This document shows, piece by piece, positions 22,901 to 34,072 of a stretch of 64,000 bases of DNA (the first letter of the stretch is position 1; each line of letters starts with the position of its first letter). The notes under the pieces were generated by a model, which saw only the letters and a program-made list of their open reading frames with translations, did not search any database and was not told where the DNA came from. The stretch spans positions 1-64,000 of the forward strand of contig NIVC01003347.1 of assembly GCA_002269645.1 (NCBI GenBank), given 5' to 3'. The DNA is from Macrostomum lignano (lineage: Eukaryota). Position numbers and translations under genes: made by a program.

Positions 22901-23870
22901 GGAGTAAGCTGGGGATTCTGTCCGGTTTCTTCTAAATATGCCGCCCAATGTCAATTGATCATCTAGAAATTCAGTCGCCAATTAGCATTCTGAGGAGCCA
23001 ATAAATAGCAACGGCCTTAGAAACCTGATTTCCTGTGAGCATTTTGGAGGCCAATCATTTCAAGCGTAGCAACGGCCTACAAACCCGATTTCCAGCGAAA
23101 ATTTTAAGGGGCCAATCATTTCAAGCGTAGCAACGGCCTACAAACCCGATTTCCAGCAAACATTTTAAGGGGCCAATCATTTCACGCGTAGCAACGGCCT
23201 ACAAACCCGATTTCCAGCAAACATTTTAAGGGGCAAATCATTTCACGCGTAGCAACGGCCTACAAACCCGATTTCCAGCGAAAATTTTAAGGGGCCAATC
23301 ATTTCAAGCGTAGCAACGGCCTACAAACCCGATTTCTAGCAAACATTTTAAGGGGCAAATCATTTCACGCGTAGCAACGGCCTACAAACCCGATTTCCAG
23401 CGAAAATTTTAAGGGGTTAATCATTTCAACCGTTGATATGGCAAATATCGATAAGTATAATTCTGTTATCATTATCAATAGCCATTTATCGTTTGATTGG
23501 TCACCAGCCATTTGCTACGACTCCCCCACAGATTGCGTACATAACTTCCTTTGTCATGGGCGTTGGAAACTCGAGCAGCTTTCCCAGCGTGTTCCTGTGG
23601 CTGTCCGAGTTTCTGCCCATCACTGGCCCGGTGTCGGCCTCGCTATTCCTAGGCGATCTGGTGTCGCTGCTGTCTCCGGCCTTTGGTTACGTCATCGAAA
23701 CCAAATGGCCAGAGTTTTTTGTGTGCTTCACCAGCGGTTCTGGTGCCCTCAGCCTCTGCTGTCTGGCTGCGGGCCATCGGGTTGGGCTGCGGCTGCTGGC
23801 AGCGGCGACCGAGGCAGACTCCGGGGAGCTAAGAGAACTGGATGACGCAATCCTTCCCATCCAGGCTTAG
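19928..23870 (+). CDS. MFS transporter, MFSD4/NaGLT1 (sodium-dependent glucose transporter 1)-like, about 489 aa
   Basis: Exons 19928-20116, 20935-21217, 22245-22903, 23532-23870 join in frame (1470 nt). About 12 hydrophobic segments; family-like motifs RVIKTLSLFANFF, MWEGHR..LMQGLHAAWSAG, MGVGNSSSFPSVFLWLSEF. Substrate not determinable. Confidence 0.85.
20306..20365. repeat. 17-bp tandem repeat (GTCGAGGCTTGCCCACT) x about 3.5
   Basis: Read directly in MFS intron 1. Confidence 0.85.
21331..21884. repeat. 33-bp minisatellite (GGAATTTACAGTCTAAGAGAACCTATTAGCTAG), about 16 copies
   Basis: Read directly in MFS intron 2. Confidence 0.95.
23007..23429. repeat. 61-bp minisatellite (TAGCAACGGCCTACAAACCCGATTTCCAGC...), about 7 copies
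   Basis: Read directly in MFS intron 3. Confidence 0.95.
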
Positions 23871-24198
23871 CGGACTTTTCTCAAATATCTAGCCTCGTTT
23901 ATTTTTGCAATAATTTGAACCGCTTCGCAAATTGTAACAACAGCGAGCGTCACCAACAACACTCAAATACGCTGTCAGTTAGTTCAGTCCATAAGACATC
24001 AGCGTCACATGGCGCTTCTGGCTGTACGACTCATGGCGGATGAAGCAGCCTGCCAGCTGTAGTTGCCGATGGATGGCACAACAAGTCACTTGGACGGACC
24101 TGGCCGACACGTTGATGCAGTGCGGTGTTGGGAACTCATATGTTGTCGATCTAATTTACAAGAGTAGCTATCAGTTTCAATTGATTAAGACGAATTGA

Positions 24199-24460
24199 TT
24201 ACACCTGCCCTAATGGCCAGATGTGCAACCGACAGCTCAGCCGCAGCTATTGCGCGGCGTATCTGAAGGCTGCGTACGGCTGTTCAGTCCAAGGACTGGG
24301 GGGTCGCCACACACCCTCAATTACCCCACCCAATGCTGGCACCCATTTTACAGAATAGGCGAACTGAAGCAATGCAGTTAAGTGTCTTAAGGGGCCAATC
24401 ACAAATTGTTCCGGGTGGATCGAGAATCGAACCAAAACGCTCTAACCACTAGGCTACTAC
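24199..24460 (-). mobile_element. tRNA-derived CORE-type SINE, family A copy 1
   Basis: Minus strand: A box TAGCCTAGTGGTTAGAG, B box GGTTCGATTCTC, CORE-like ACTTAACT..CTTCAGTT..CTGTAAAATGGG. Body aligns with 58889-59175. Confidence 0.8.
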
Positions 24461-27214
24461 AATCCTATTAGTTTCATTATCAGTGCGAATTTAGAGTTAA
24501 ATTTCTCATATTTTTATAATTTTAAAACAATAAAGGGCCGAGTGAAACCACGTAGGCAAATTACAGTAACAAAAAATTTCCGTTTTCAGCATACCTTTGC
24601 AGCACTCCTATAGGATATTTTTCCCAGTTAGGACTAAGAATTAAGGGAATGAGACACAGAGATAGCATTTTTCTTCCAGTTTAGAGGTCAAAAGATGCCT
24701 TTGCTGGAATGCGATTTGGCCACTATACTAGTTAGGTTAAAATTCTTCATTTTTTGTTCTGTCTATAATTAAGGTTTAAAGTTGATTCGCGATCTTTTCC
24801 ATATTTGTTTTCTTTAAATTTTATTGACTTCATCAGCTTTTTGCAGTCTTTCAGCTGGATTCCTTAAGACTACTAAGCTGGATTTCTTAAGTACAGCTGT
24901 GGCCTCCGCGCTTCTCGTTTTGAAGTATTGTATTTGCCGTAATTGCATATGTACTAATAGTAGTAGTCCTAATCTGTGCATCAATTTTAGCCAATTTTGT
25001 TGTGGAAATTATTTTTATATTCTATAGTATTTTAAAATTTTAAGTCTCTATAACTTACTAGAGCTACAATATAATATCTTTCTCTATATCAAATGCTGCG
25101 ATAATTTATCGTCAAAGTGATTTCTTTATATACATGTATTAACTTACATATTACGTATTCAAACGACAGCAAACCACGAACATCACTCAGCTAAATCAGA
25201 GTATTGCAGTCTAGATAAAAGCTCATACGACCATTGAGAATCAAACTGGGCACGGTGTCGTTTGGATTTTCTGGTAATCTTACAAAGCTAAACAAGCTCT
25301 TGGCGCAGCAGGTGCCTATTAATATTTTGGCACCCTGAAGAAATGTCTGATTTCCATAGCGACGACCTGCAGAGTCTATACTGATCACAACTTAAATAAG
25401 TATAGTACGTCCTTGAAATTGCCATTCTTCCACAGCTTTTACTGGATTAACCTATCCGACAGTAATAACGCCCATAGATATTTACATGTAGAGTGAGAGG
25501 AATTCTGTGCTTTTCTCCGTGGGCCTGATCATACATGTATACATGTACAGGTAGCTATTCAATAGCTTTCAAGACTTGAGAAATCGTGCATCAAATCGAA
25601 ATATGGCCCTTACCAGAATTCTTATCGAATAGCTCCATTACTTTTCTTTCTTAAATTCTCGGTTACCGTTTTTAGCAAGTTTTTTTCACGTCAAACTGTA
25701 TAGTAGCAGTGATCGAAGCGAAGGCAAAAATAATTCAATCAATTTCTTTGTGTGATATATTTCACTGCACTGTAGGTTTGTTTACTGGAAATTTATTCTA
25801 GGAAAGAGAAAATTTCATTTTAATCGAATTAAATCGATCGGTTCGTTTACCGCATTGTTTTTCAGTTTAAATGACAATGTGGTAGTTAAACTTATAATGT
25901 ACACAAACTTTTGTTCAAAAATAATTTATGCCGTTTAAAACAAAATGGTGTAACTTGTAACACAAAGAAAAATAATTATTGTATCAAATGTGTTTAGAAA
26001 TTACACTTTATTTTTATTTTTAGCTTACTAATACTTATACATAAACTCTACTTTAGTGTGAATTGATTTGATCAGTTTAGCGGTTTGGATTTTAACTCTT
26101 AATAATATAAGCCTTTTTATGTAACACGGTACATAGCATGCAGATTTTGATAATAATTGTATAGAGTTCGTTTAAACTGTTAACCACCAAATATAGGAAG
26201 TTAGTAATATATCTTATACTGTTAGGAGAAAAGGTGAGTACTTTAATTTTACTACTTTTAATCAGTAAATAAATAGGGGTCTAACGATATGCTATTTAAA
26301 CCTATTCACTATTGCTGTATTGGTAATTTCAATCAATTTAATAGCAAAAAATTCACAATTAGGCCTTATACCTCTTGACTGTATTTTTTTTGCTTTATCG
26401 TGATGCTTTAGTGTATAATCGTCTTAGACTTACCATAAACTCAATGCAGTTCAAGTTTAAATAAAAAATTATAATTGAATATCTAAACTTAGACTAAAAA
26501 AGTAAAAACAGCTATAATGGTATAATAGTTTTCGACCACTATGTTCATTGACTCCAGTGGGATTTTTAAATGTTACCTTTTGAGTAGTTTTTCTATTCTT
26601 TTTTAAGTCTTACTGTCTTATTCATCTAAGCAAAAGTAAGATATAGTAAAATAATAAAAAACTAAAAGTTATAAATTTAAGTTAGGTCTATTGTTTATCT
26701 AACATTTTATATATTAAATTTTTAAGAATTTTGTAATGCATTTTGTCTATTAGGCATTGTGATCATTTTGTCTAAAAACTTGTTTTGGTATTATTTTAGT
26801 ATAACATTTTGATTTAACTAATTTTTGTCTAATATTAGATATCAAATGATATATTTTCAAGATTTGCAAGACTCAAGTCAAGATCTATACTTTTCTAACA
26901 ATCAAGAGTTGAGATTAAACCTTATTAGTCTTTAGGTGGCCTATTTCTATTTGTTCTATTATTTTTTTATCAATACTAATATTATTATTAGTTGAATATA
27001 TATAATAGTGATAGCTAAAGGAAAAAAAATAATTATATAATTTTGAAGCATGTTTAGTTTTAAGTACTTGTTAAAAACTCACTAAATATTGAGCTTCTAT
27101 ATTAAATATAAATATGATAATATTGTAGTTACCAATATGGCAATAAAGGTGCATAATTGACTGCTATAGCTATTATTGGCTACTAGTATTAAGAAGGAAC
27201 TATCAATATTCTAG

Positions 27215-27504
27215 CCCTATTGCAGCCAATGGCCATTTTCATGGATGGCGTCCGGCGCAGATTGGCCTGGCAACGACGCGGCGCGCGGCGCGTGGCGGTG
27301 GCGTGGCGTGTGGCGGCGGCGTGCGGCGGCATGGCGGCAACAAAGGGCCAGGTCAACGTCGATTGATGCGAGCCATTGACTGACTAATTGAACCAAATCA
27401 CTGATCCTAGGGACTGGCCCTGGCGCCAGTGGCGCAGTACAGGTAGATGTCTGGCGCGGGAAAGGGGGGCGTCCGGCGCGGTTCAGACTTTGGCTGCAAT
27501 AGGG
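27215..27504. mobile_element. 290-bp MITE with 15-bp perfect TIR and 8-bp TSD
   Basis: TIR CCCTATTGCAGCCAA / TTGGCTGCAATAGGG; TSD TATTCTAG at 27207-27214 and 27505-27512; GC-rich interior. Confidence 0.9.
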
Positions 27505-27838
27505 TATTCTAGCATTGCTATTTATCTTCTCTCAATTTTAGCATAATTCAATAATACATTGAGCAAAATTCCTCCTTCAGCTCCCCTAAGTAAAGTGACA
27601 AATATGGCAGTCTTAGTGTGTAATGTTTTACTTGATTTTTCCATAATTTTTAACATAATACAACTTTTAATTTTTGCTTAATTTTTTTAGTTTTCCTAAT
27701 ATTACAAAAACTTAAAATAAAAAAATTGTGTTTAAACCCTAGTTTATATCATTTTAATAACATGAATTATAGTATTTTAATATTTTTAAAATGCTTAAAT
27801 AAAGTTTGTTAAAGTAAAATTCATGAAAAAGTTATGAT

Positions 27839-28136
27839 CATACATGCGCAACCTCCAAAATTCGGTCGGCCATGCGACTTAGTTTTAACAAAAATGCGAC
27901 GTAGTTTTTGGCCAAAAATGCGACTTACACATCAAAAAACCCTAAAGCAAAATAAACGCAACTTTGGGTAAACGGCAGGAGTAACTATGACTGTCTTATT
28001 AAGCCAAAATGCCTCGTCAGCTACTTAGTACTACTACTTGGGTAAATTTTTGGGTGGGTATTTTTGCGACTTCCTTGGTTGGCCGCCAAATCGGTCGGCC
28101 GAATCGGCCGACTCGGCCGACTGTTGCGCATGTATG
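27839..28136 (+). mobile_element. 298-bp P/hAT-type MITE, copy 1
   Basis: 14-bp TIR CATACATGCGCAAC / GTTGCGCATGTATG; 8-bp TSD GTTATGAT at 27831-27838 and 28137-28144. Confidence 0.9.
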
Positions 28137-28362
28137 GTTATGATAATAAATTTCTTAGGTAATTAGTATTAGTCTTAATTAAAGCTAATTTTGATTTAAT
28201 TTTGCAATCTATATTAAGTTTATTTTGCTTCTATATTATATTTGTTTTTAATGCAATTCAAATTAGAATCATAATTCAATTATAATGCAATCTTTCTGAG
28301 AATCTAAAATCAGTCAATAATTTTTTCTTTAGCCATTTTACAATGCATTTAAAGTTGAAAAT

Positions 28363-28536
28363 CATATATGCGCAACCTTGGGATTTACTTGGCCATTTCT
28401 ATTGCAACACATACATGTAATTCGCTATTGGCTAGAAGTAGTCATATGACTACTATTCTATCTAATAATAGCGACTTACATGTGTGTGTTGCCAATAGAA
28501 GCAGCCAAATTAATCCAAAGGTTACGTCCAAGCATA
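28363..28536. mobile_element. Short palindromic MITE related to the CATACATGCGCAAC family
   Basis: Left end CATATATGCGCAAC; internal foldback (TTCTATTGCAACACATACATGTAATTCGCTATT vs AATAGCGACTTACATGTGTGTGTTGCCAATAGAA); flanks TTGAAAAT / TTGAAAAG. Right TIR decayed. Confidence 0.55.
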
Positions 28537-29058
28537 TTGAAAAGTCTGTTTGACTGTTAAAAATAATGTTTTTAAATATTTATTCCTCTTAGCATTTAGT
28601 AATTTCTTAGCTAAGACATGGGAAAATGTTTGAATAATGCAAGTTTCATAAAATCAATTGATGATTTTTGTAATTTTTATAGAAATTTTTTTAATAAAAT
28701 TAAAAAACAATATTAGATAATATATAAACAAATTTTAGTATAATGAAACTAAGTTTAGGTTATTAAAATATAAAAAATCATATTGCTTTATCAAGTAATT
28801 TTTAAATATATTAGTGAGTGTTTATTGTTCTTTGTTTATAGTTGTTAATCTAATAATTTAGAAATTGATTTAAAATGTTAAAAAATAGTTTTTATATTCA
28901 ACTTAAAACATTTTTTCTCAAAAGATTTCATATATAGCTATTCATTCATTTATAGTGACAGATTTAAAGGGGACACACAAGGCCTATCCCTCAGCCCTCT
29001 CCCTTCTATTTAGTTTGGTTTTTTACTTTTTTATCAAAAATATATATTGTCTTTTATA

Positions 29059-29351
29059 CATATATGTGCAACAGTTGGCCAAGTCAGCTGATCTGGCCGA
29101 CTGATTTGGCGGCCAACCAAGGAAGTTGCAAAAATGCCTACCCAAAAAACACCAAAGTAGTAATACTAAGTAGCTGATGAGGCATTTTGCCTTAATAAGA
29201 CAGTGATAGTTACTCCTGCTGTATACCCAAAGTTGCATTAATTTTGCTTTAGGGTTTTTTATATAAGTCACATTTTGGCCAAAAACTATGTCGCATTTTT
29301 GTTAAAACTAAGTCGCATGGCTGACCGAATTTTGGAGGTTGCGCATGTATG
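29059..29351 (-). mobile_element. 293-bp P/hAT-type MITE, copy 2, inverted relative to copy 1
   Basis: Aligns end to end with the reverse complement of 27839-28136; own 8-bp TSD CTTTTATA at 29051-29058 and 29352-29359. Confidence 0.9.
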
Positions 29352-29869
29352 CTTTTATATATACATATACATAAACTTAATAATCTTTATCCCTTATTCA
29401 ATTTTTTGGTTTGTACTTGTTCACTTATTAATAATATAATATTAGTAATGATTTGATATATTTAGTACTTGTAAAATAGACAACTAACTAATAGTATAAA
29501 TGATTAATGGGGCTAAAAAGAAAAGAAGCAGAGGACAAAGACCAAAGCCACAAATTGAACTTATATTTATACTAACATAAGCTGTTGAAACCTGTGGATT
29601 TTGAACCCATGGAATTTTAATCCCCAGAACTAATTTTGCATGTATTTTGATATCTAAGGCCATACTCAAACAAAAACTTGTTAATAGTTAGTAGGATAAA
29701 GGTAAACATAAATGGAGTAAAATTGTGTAAAATTAGGATTTGAGGCAAACATTTGATATTGTTGGCTAGGGTGTTGCATAGAATGTAGGCAATGCTTGTC
29801 TGATTCTAAAACATATATTGGCAAACTCTTGCCTCTTCTTTTGACTCTCCCTATGTTCCTTGGATCCTT

Positions 29870-30670
29870 TGAAACTTCTATTTTCTCTTCTGTTTCTTTT
29901 CTCCTCTCTCATCCTTTGTCTTTCCTCTCTTCTCTCTCTTCTCTTTTCTCTTTTTTCCTCTCTCCTCATATCTTTCTTCTTCTCTCTATTCTTTTCTCTA
30001 TCCTCTCTTCTCTCTCATTTGCTCTCTCATCTTTCCTTTCTCCTCTTTTATCTCTTCTCATTTCTCTCTGCTCTTTATTCTCTCTTTTCTCTCCCCTCTT
30101 CTCATTCCTCACTCTCCCTTCTCTCAACACTTCCTTCTTCTCTTAACTCTCTCCTTTACTTTCTCATCTCTCCTCTCTCTTTTTATCTCTTCTCTTCTCT
30201 CCTCTCTCCCCTCTTCTCTTGTCTCTCATATTTGCTCTCTCAACTCTCCTTTCTCTATCTTTTCTCTCTTATCTTTTCTCATTTCTCTCTTCTCTCTGTC
30301 TCTCTCTCTCTCCTTGATCTCTCATCTCTCATTTCTTATCTCTCCTTACACCTCTTTCATCTCTACAACCTTATCTCCTCTTTTCCTTTTACTCTCTCAT
30401 CTCTCCTTTCATCTTTTTCTTCTCTCCTGTCTCCTCTCTCCTCTCATTTGCAGCTTTCTGCTCTTTCATCTCCACTCTCTTCTCTCTCTTCTTTACTCAC
30501 TCATCTCTACTCTATCCTCTCTCATCTCACTTTTCCTCTCTCTCCTCTTCTCTCTCCCCTCTTCTCCCTATCTCTATCATCGTCCTTACCATTTTAACTC
30601 TTCTATAATCTTTTATCTTATTTTTATCCCCTCTCTCGCCTTTCCTCTTTTCTAATCATCTATTCCTTCT
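29870..30670. repeat. About 800-bp degenerate CT-rich polypyrimidine tract
   Basis: Almost only C/T with scattered A; read directly. Confidence 0.9.
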
Positions 30671-33010
30671 CCTTACCACTCATATCTGGCCTGCACATTA
30701 GCTATATTCTTTATCTGGCATTTGAGGTAAAAGTCTACTGATCCCTGCTTCAAAAGCCAGTTTGTTGGACATTTTACTCTCATTGTTATTCTCATGCTTT
30801 GATCATGTTATCTTTCTTTTATCTATCTTTCTTAATTTGCATTCCTAAAAGGAATTTGTGTATTTTCAGCTCCATTGCAGTCTGCATCAGTCTAACAACC
30901 AAGGAAATATGCATTTCTTAGGAGGCCATTTAAATTTTAATGTACCTTTCAGAGAAACTTAAAATTTTCATGGTGTAACTAATTTAGTAGTGTTGTATTG
31001 CAATGCATTGCCTTTTCATAAATCTTTTGCTTTTACAAACCATGCTGGATTACCTTGATTTGCTATCCACTATTAAACTGCTGCAGAGTTTGTAAATACA
31101 GAGAACAGTGATTAGAATTTCTCACTAAACTGTTATAGATGGCTAAATGTAGCCTCTCCACGGGGGTGCAGAGAAGGCCATAAACAAAGCTATTCTAAAA
31201 TATTGTACATTGCCATGTACATTCAGCCCTATCACCTAACCCTTAGTCTGGCTCTGGGGGAATGAGTGAGTAAGTGGCACAAACAGCAGAAAAAGCAGAC
31301 AAACTTCGCATGCTTACAGTTTCTGTTTCAGTTGAGTTAGAGTTGAAACTTAACATTTAGATAAAGAATGAGTCAATGAAGAATTGTGTCAAGTTTGAAG
31401 CCCATCACTTCACGTGGAGCAAACTTATAGCAGCCAAAAGTTAGTCAATTTTGAAACCTAATTATACCATTTGCCCAGATTGGGAGAGAGGCAGGTGGGT
31501 AGAGGTTGGGATGGCTATCTTGCTGACAAAAAACAGTCTAACTTTAAAAGTGCATAACACAATTTGGAATCAACTTTGAGCCTCAAAATTTTACACAATT
31601 GTGTCAAAATAGTTAAAGATTGATTGTGTTGAATTTGAAAAGGATCAGTAGAAGTGGAATGGTACTATAGCTATAGAGGATTTAGTGAAAAAATTGCACA
31701 TTTTGAGCAGTTTTTTGCACTTTTAGATTTGACAACTCGTATTTTTGAAATTTAAAAGTAGCCTTAAGACATTCTCTGTAGTGAGTTTAAGGTAGGTGCA
31801 AAATTTGGTGTAATTTGGTTGAGTGGTTTAGGAGTCCATAGTGAACAAATTTGTCCACAGACATATACACAGATACACACACAGAGTTTTGATTTTTATA
31901 TGTAGAGATAATGAACAGGTTAGCTGAATTATCTATGGTAAATTAATGGTTAAAACAGTCTATGGGAAAGAGCTAACTGAAAACTTTTCAGATGGCTAAC
32001 TGAAAAGTACAAGGCTGAATTGCAAAACCGAAACATCCAAAATAGAAATCCAATAGTGCCTATAGTTAAATATATACAAGCATCAATATTTTATATTTGA
32101 AATTACCCAACCCAAAACTTAATGTCTTTATTTTAAAGTATGTTTATATAAATAAAATCCATGTCATAGAAGCATAATCTAAAGAACCAAGATATCAAAG
32201 CATAATATCAAAGCTGTTTTGGGAACATTTTGTAGTTTCATTGTTGTCACCCTTCTGAAAATATCGGAAGCTATATTATGCTTTTAGTTTCTTTTAAGTA
32301 ATAACCATTTTTATGAAAATGAAAATGTTATATTGTACAAATATAATGATTCATATAGCACTTAAAAAGTTTTACAATTTGCTTTTAAGTATAGTAGACT
32401 AAATGAAAAACTATATAGTTTGAAATTTGCTAACAAAGCTTAATCTTTCTATCTTTGCTAGGGTTACTTAAGTTTTAGTGGGCTTGCATGTCAACCCATT
32501 TTTTTAATTCTACTAGATTGCCATTTGCAAATATATCTTGGCCACAATTGGGGTCATAATCAGATAAAAGTTTGATTTTGGAACCTAATCTCAATATATA
32601 TATGAAACTCTCCTTAATGTATTCTAGTAATGTTTTGTCTATATTTACAATGGTTGATTAATTTTAATGACCTCCTTTTATAGTATACTATCATTTGATA
32701 TATCAGTGTAGAAATTTTTTATGCTACTTTCCTTTGTGTAGTTTCTAATATACTTCATATTTTCAATCATTTTTGTTTATATATACACCACTAATATTTG
32801 TTTCCAATTTGAATGACAAAAGCAATGTTTATAGTATTACAAGTATTAAATGTTTTAATAATTAAATAAGTAGTATAGTTTAGCATTGGCTCTTTTGCAG
32901 ATAAGCATAATCTAGCTTATCTATTGTTTGCTTTATCAAATAAATAAATGCAATATATATTAATAATTATATAAATATATATACTTAGCTAAAATTTTGC
33001 AAGTCATTTA

Positions 33011-33916
33011 TGAGGTATGTCAGAAAAGTTTCAGGACTGGAGTCATAGAAACTTTATTAGCAGAAATCAATCAAAATCAAATCTGGCTCCTTCAAAGTAC
33101 CCCCCAGGCCAAATGCACTTGTCCATTCTTCTGCGCCAGGCCTCCATGCAGCCCTGGAAGGCTTTTTTGGGAATACTTTGCAGTTTCATCATTGTGGCCC
33201 TTCTAAAGGTATCAACATCAAGAAATTGAGTACCTTTGAGAACCTTATTGAGCTTGGGAAATAGGAAAAAATTGCACGGAGCTAGATTGGGTGAATATGG
33301 AAGTTGATCTAGCACATTGACACTCCTATTCGCGAGATACTCCCTGACACTTAGAGCATTGTGAGCTGGTATATTGTCCTAATGAAGGAACCACAAGTTG
33401 GCTTCCCATAAATCGCGTCTCTTGTCTCGCATTGAGGGAAGCAGTTGCTGCAGGATCCCTTTGTACTCGTACACATGCTGATTGATGGTTTGGCCTTGGC
33501 TCAGAAACTCCATGTGGACAACGCCTCTGACATCTGACATTGAAGGTCTTCCACTCCTGGTGTCGTCCTCGACCTCCTCCCGCCCCTCAAATCATTTGTG
33601 CCACTAAAAAACTCGGGAGCAAGACATAGCATTATCTCCATACACTTGTTGCAACAGTGCAAGTGCTTCTGAAGGCGATTTTTGAATCGGACCAGAAACT
33701 TTAGATTGGTTCGTTGTTTGGTGCTCATTGGCACGATTTTTAAAAAAACTTACTAAACGTTACTAATAGCACAGATTGGCACAAAAGCGATGATCAGCTG
33801 AAATTGCAGGACAGAGCTCCTGTTATATGCTGCTACAGCCTGCAACAAGCTGCAAATTGATAGTGCATCCAGTAGCTGTGCTGTAGGTACTGTCCTGGAA
33901 CTTTTCTGACACCTCG
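33011..33916 (-). mobile_element. Defective, internally deleted mariner transposon (906 bp)
   Basis: About 28-bp TIRs (TGAGGTATGTCAGAAAAGTTTCAGGAC / GTCCTGGAACTTTTCTGACACCTCG) flanked by TA. Frameshifted transposase remnants: N-terminal KQRTNLKFLV (33501-33734) and C-terminal PYSPNLAPCNFFLFPKL...GGYFEG (33067-33315). Confidence 0.9.
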
Positions 33917-34072
33917 TATTTTTATATACGAGTATGTGCAACTTCTATAATTGCACTAGCCATGTGACTTGGTTTTGTAATGTAATGTACTCGTAATGTA
34001 CTGAAAATGTAATTTTGTTTTGCAACTTACCCTTAGCCTTGTAAACCTCAAAACGAATATTACTTTTCAGGG

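Noticed and set aside
29796-30655. Leu/Ser/Phe-rich ORFs resembling membrane proteins
   Set aside because: Translations of a CT-rich low-complexity tract.
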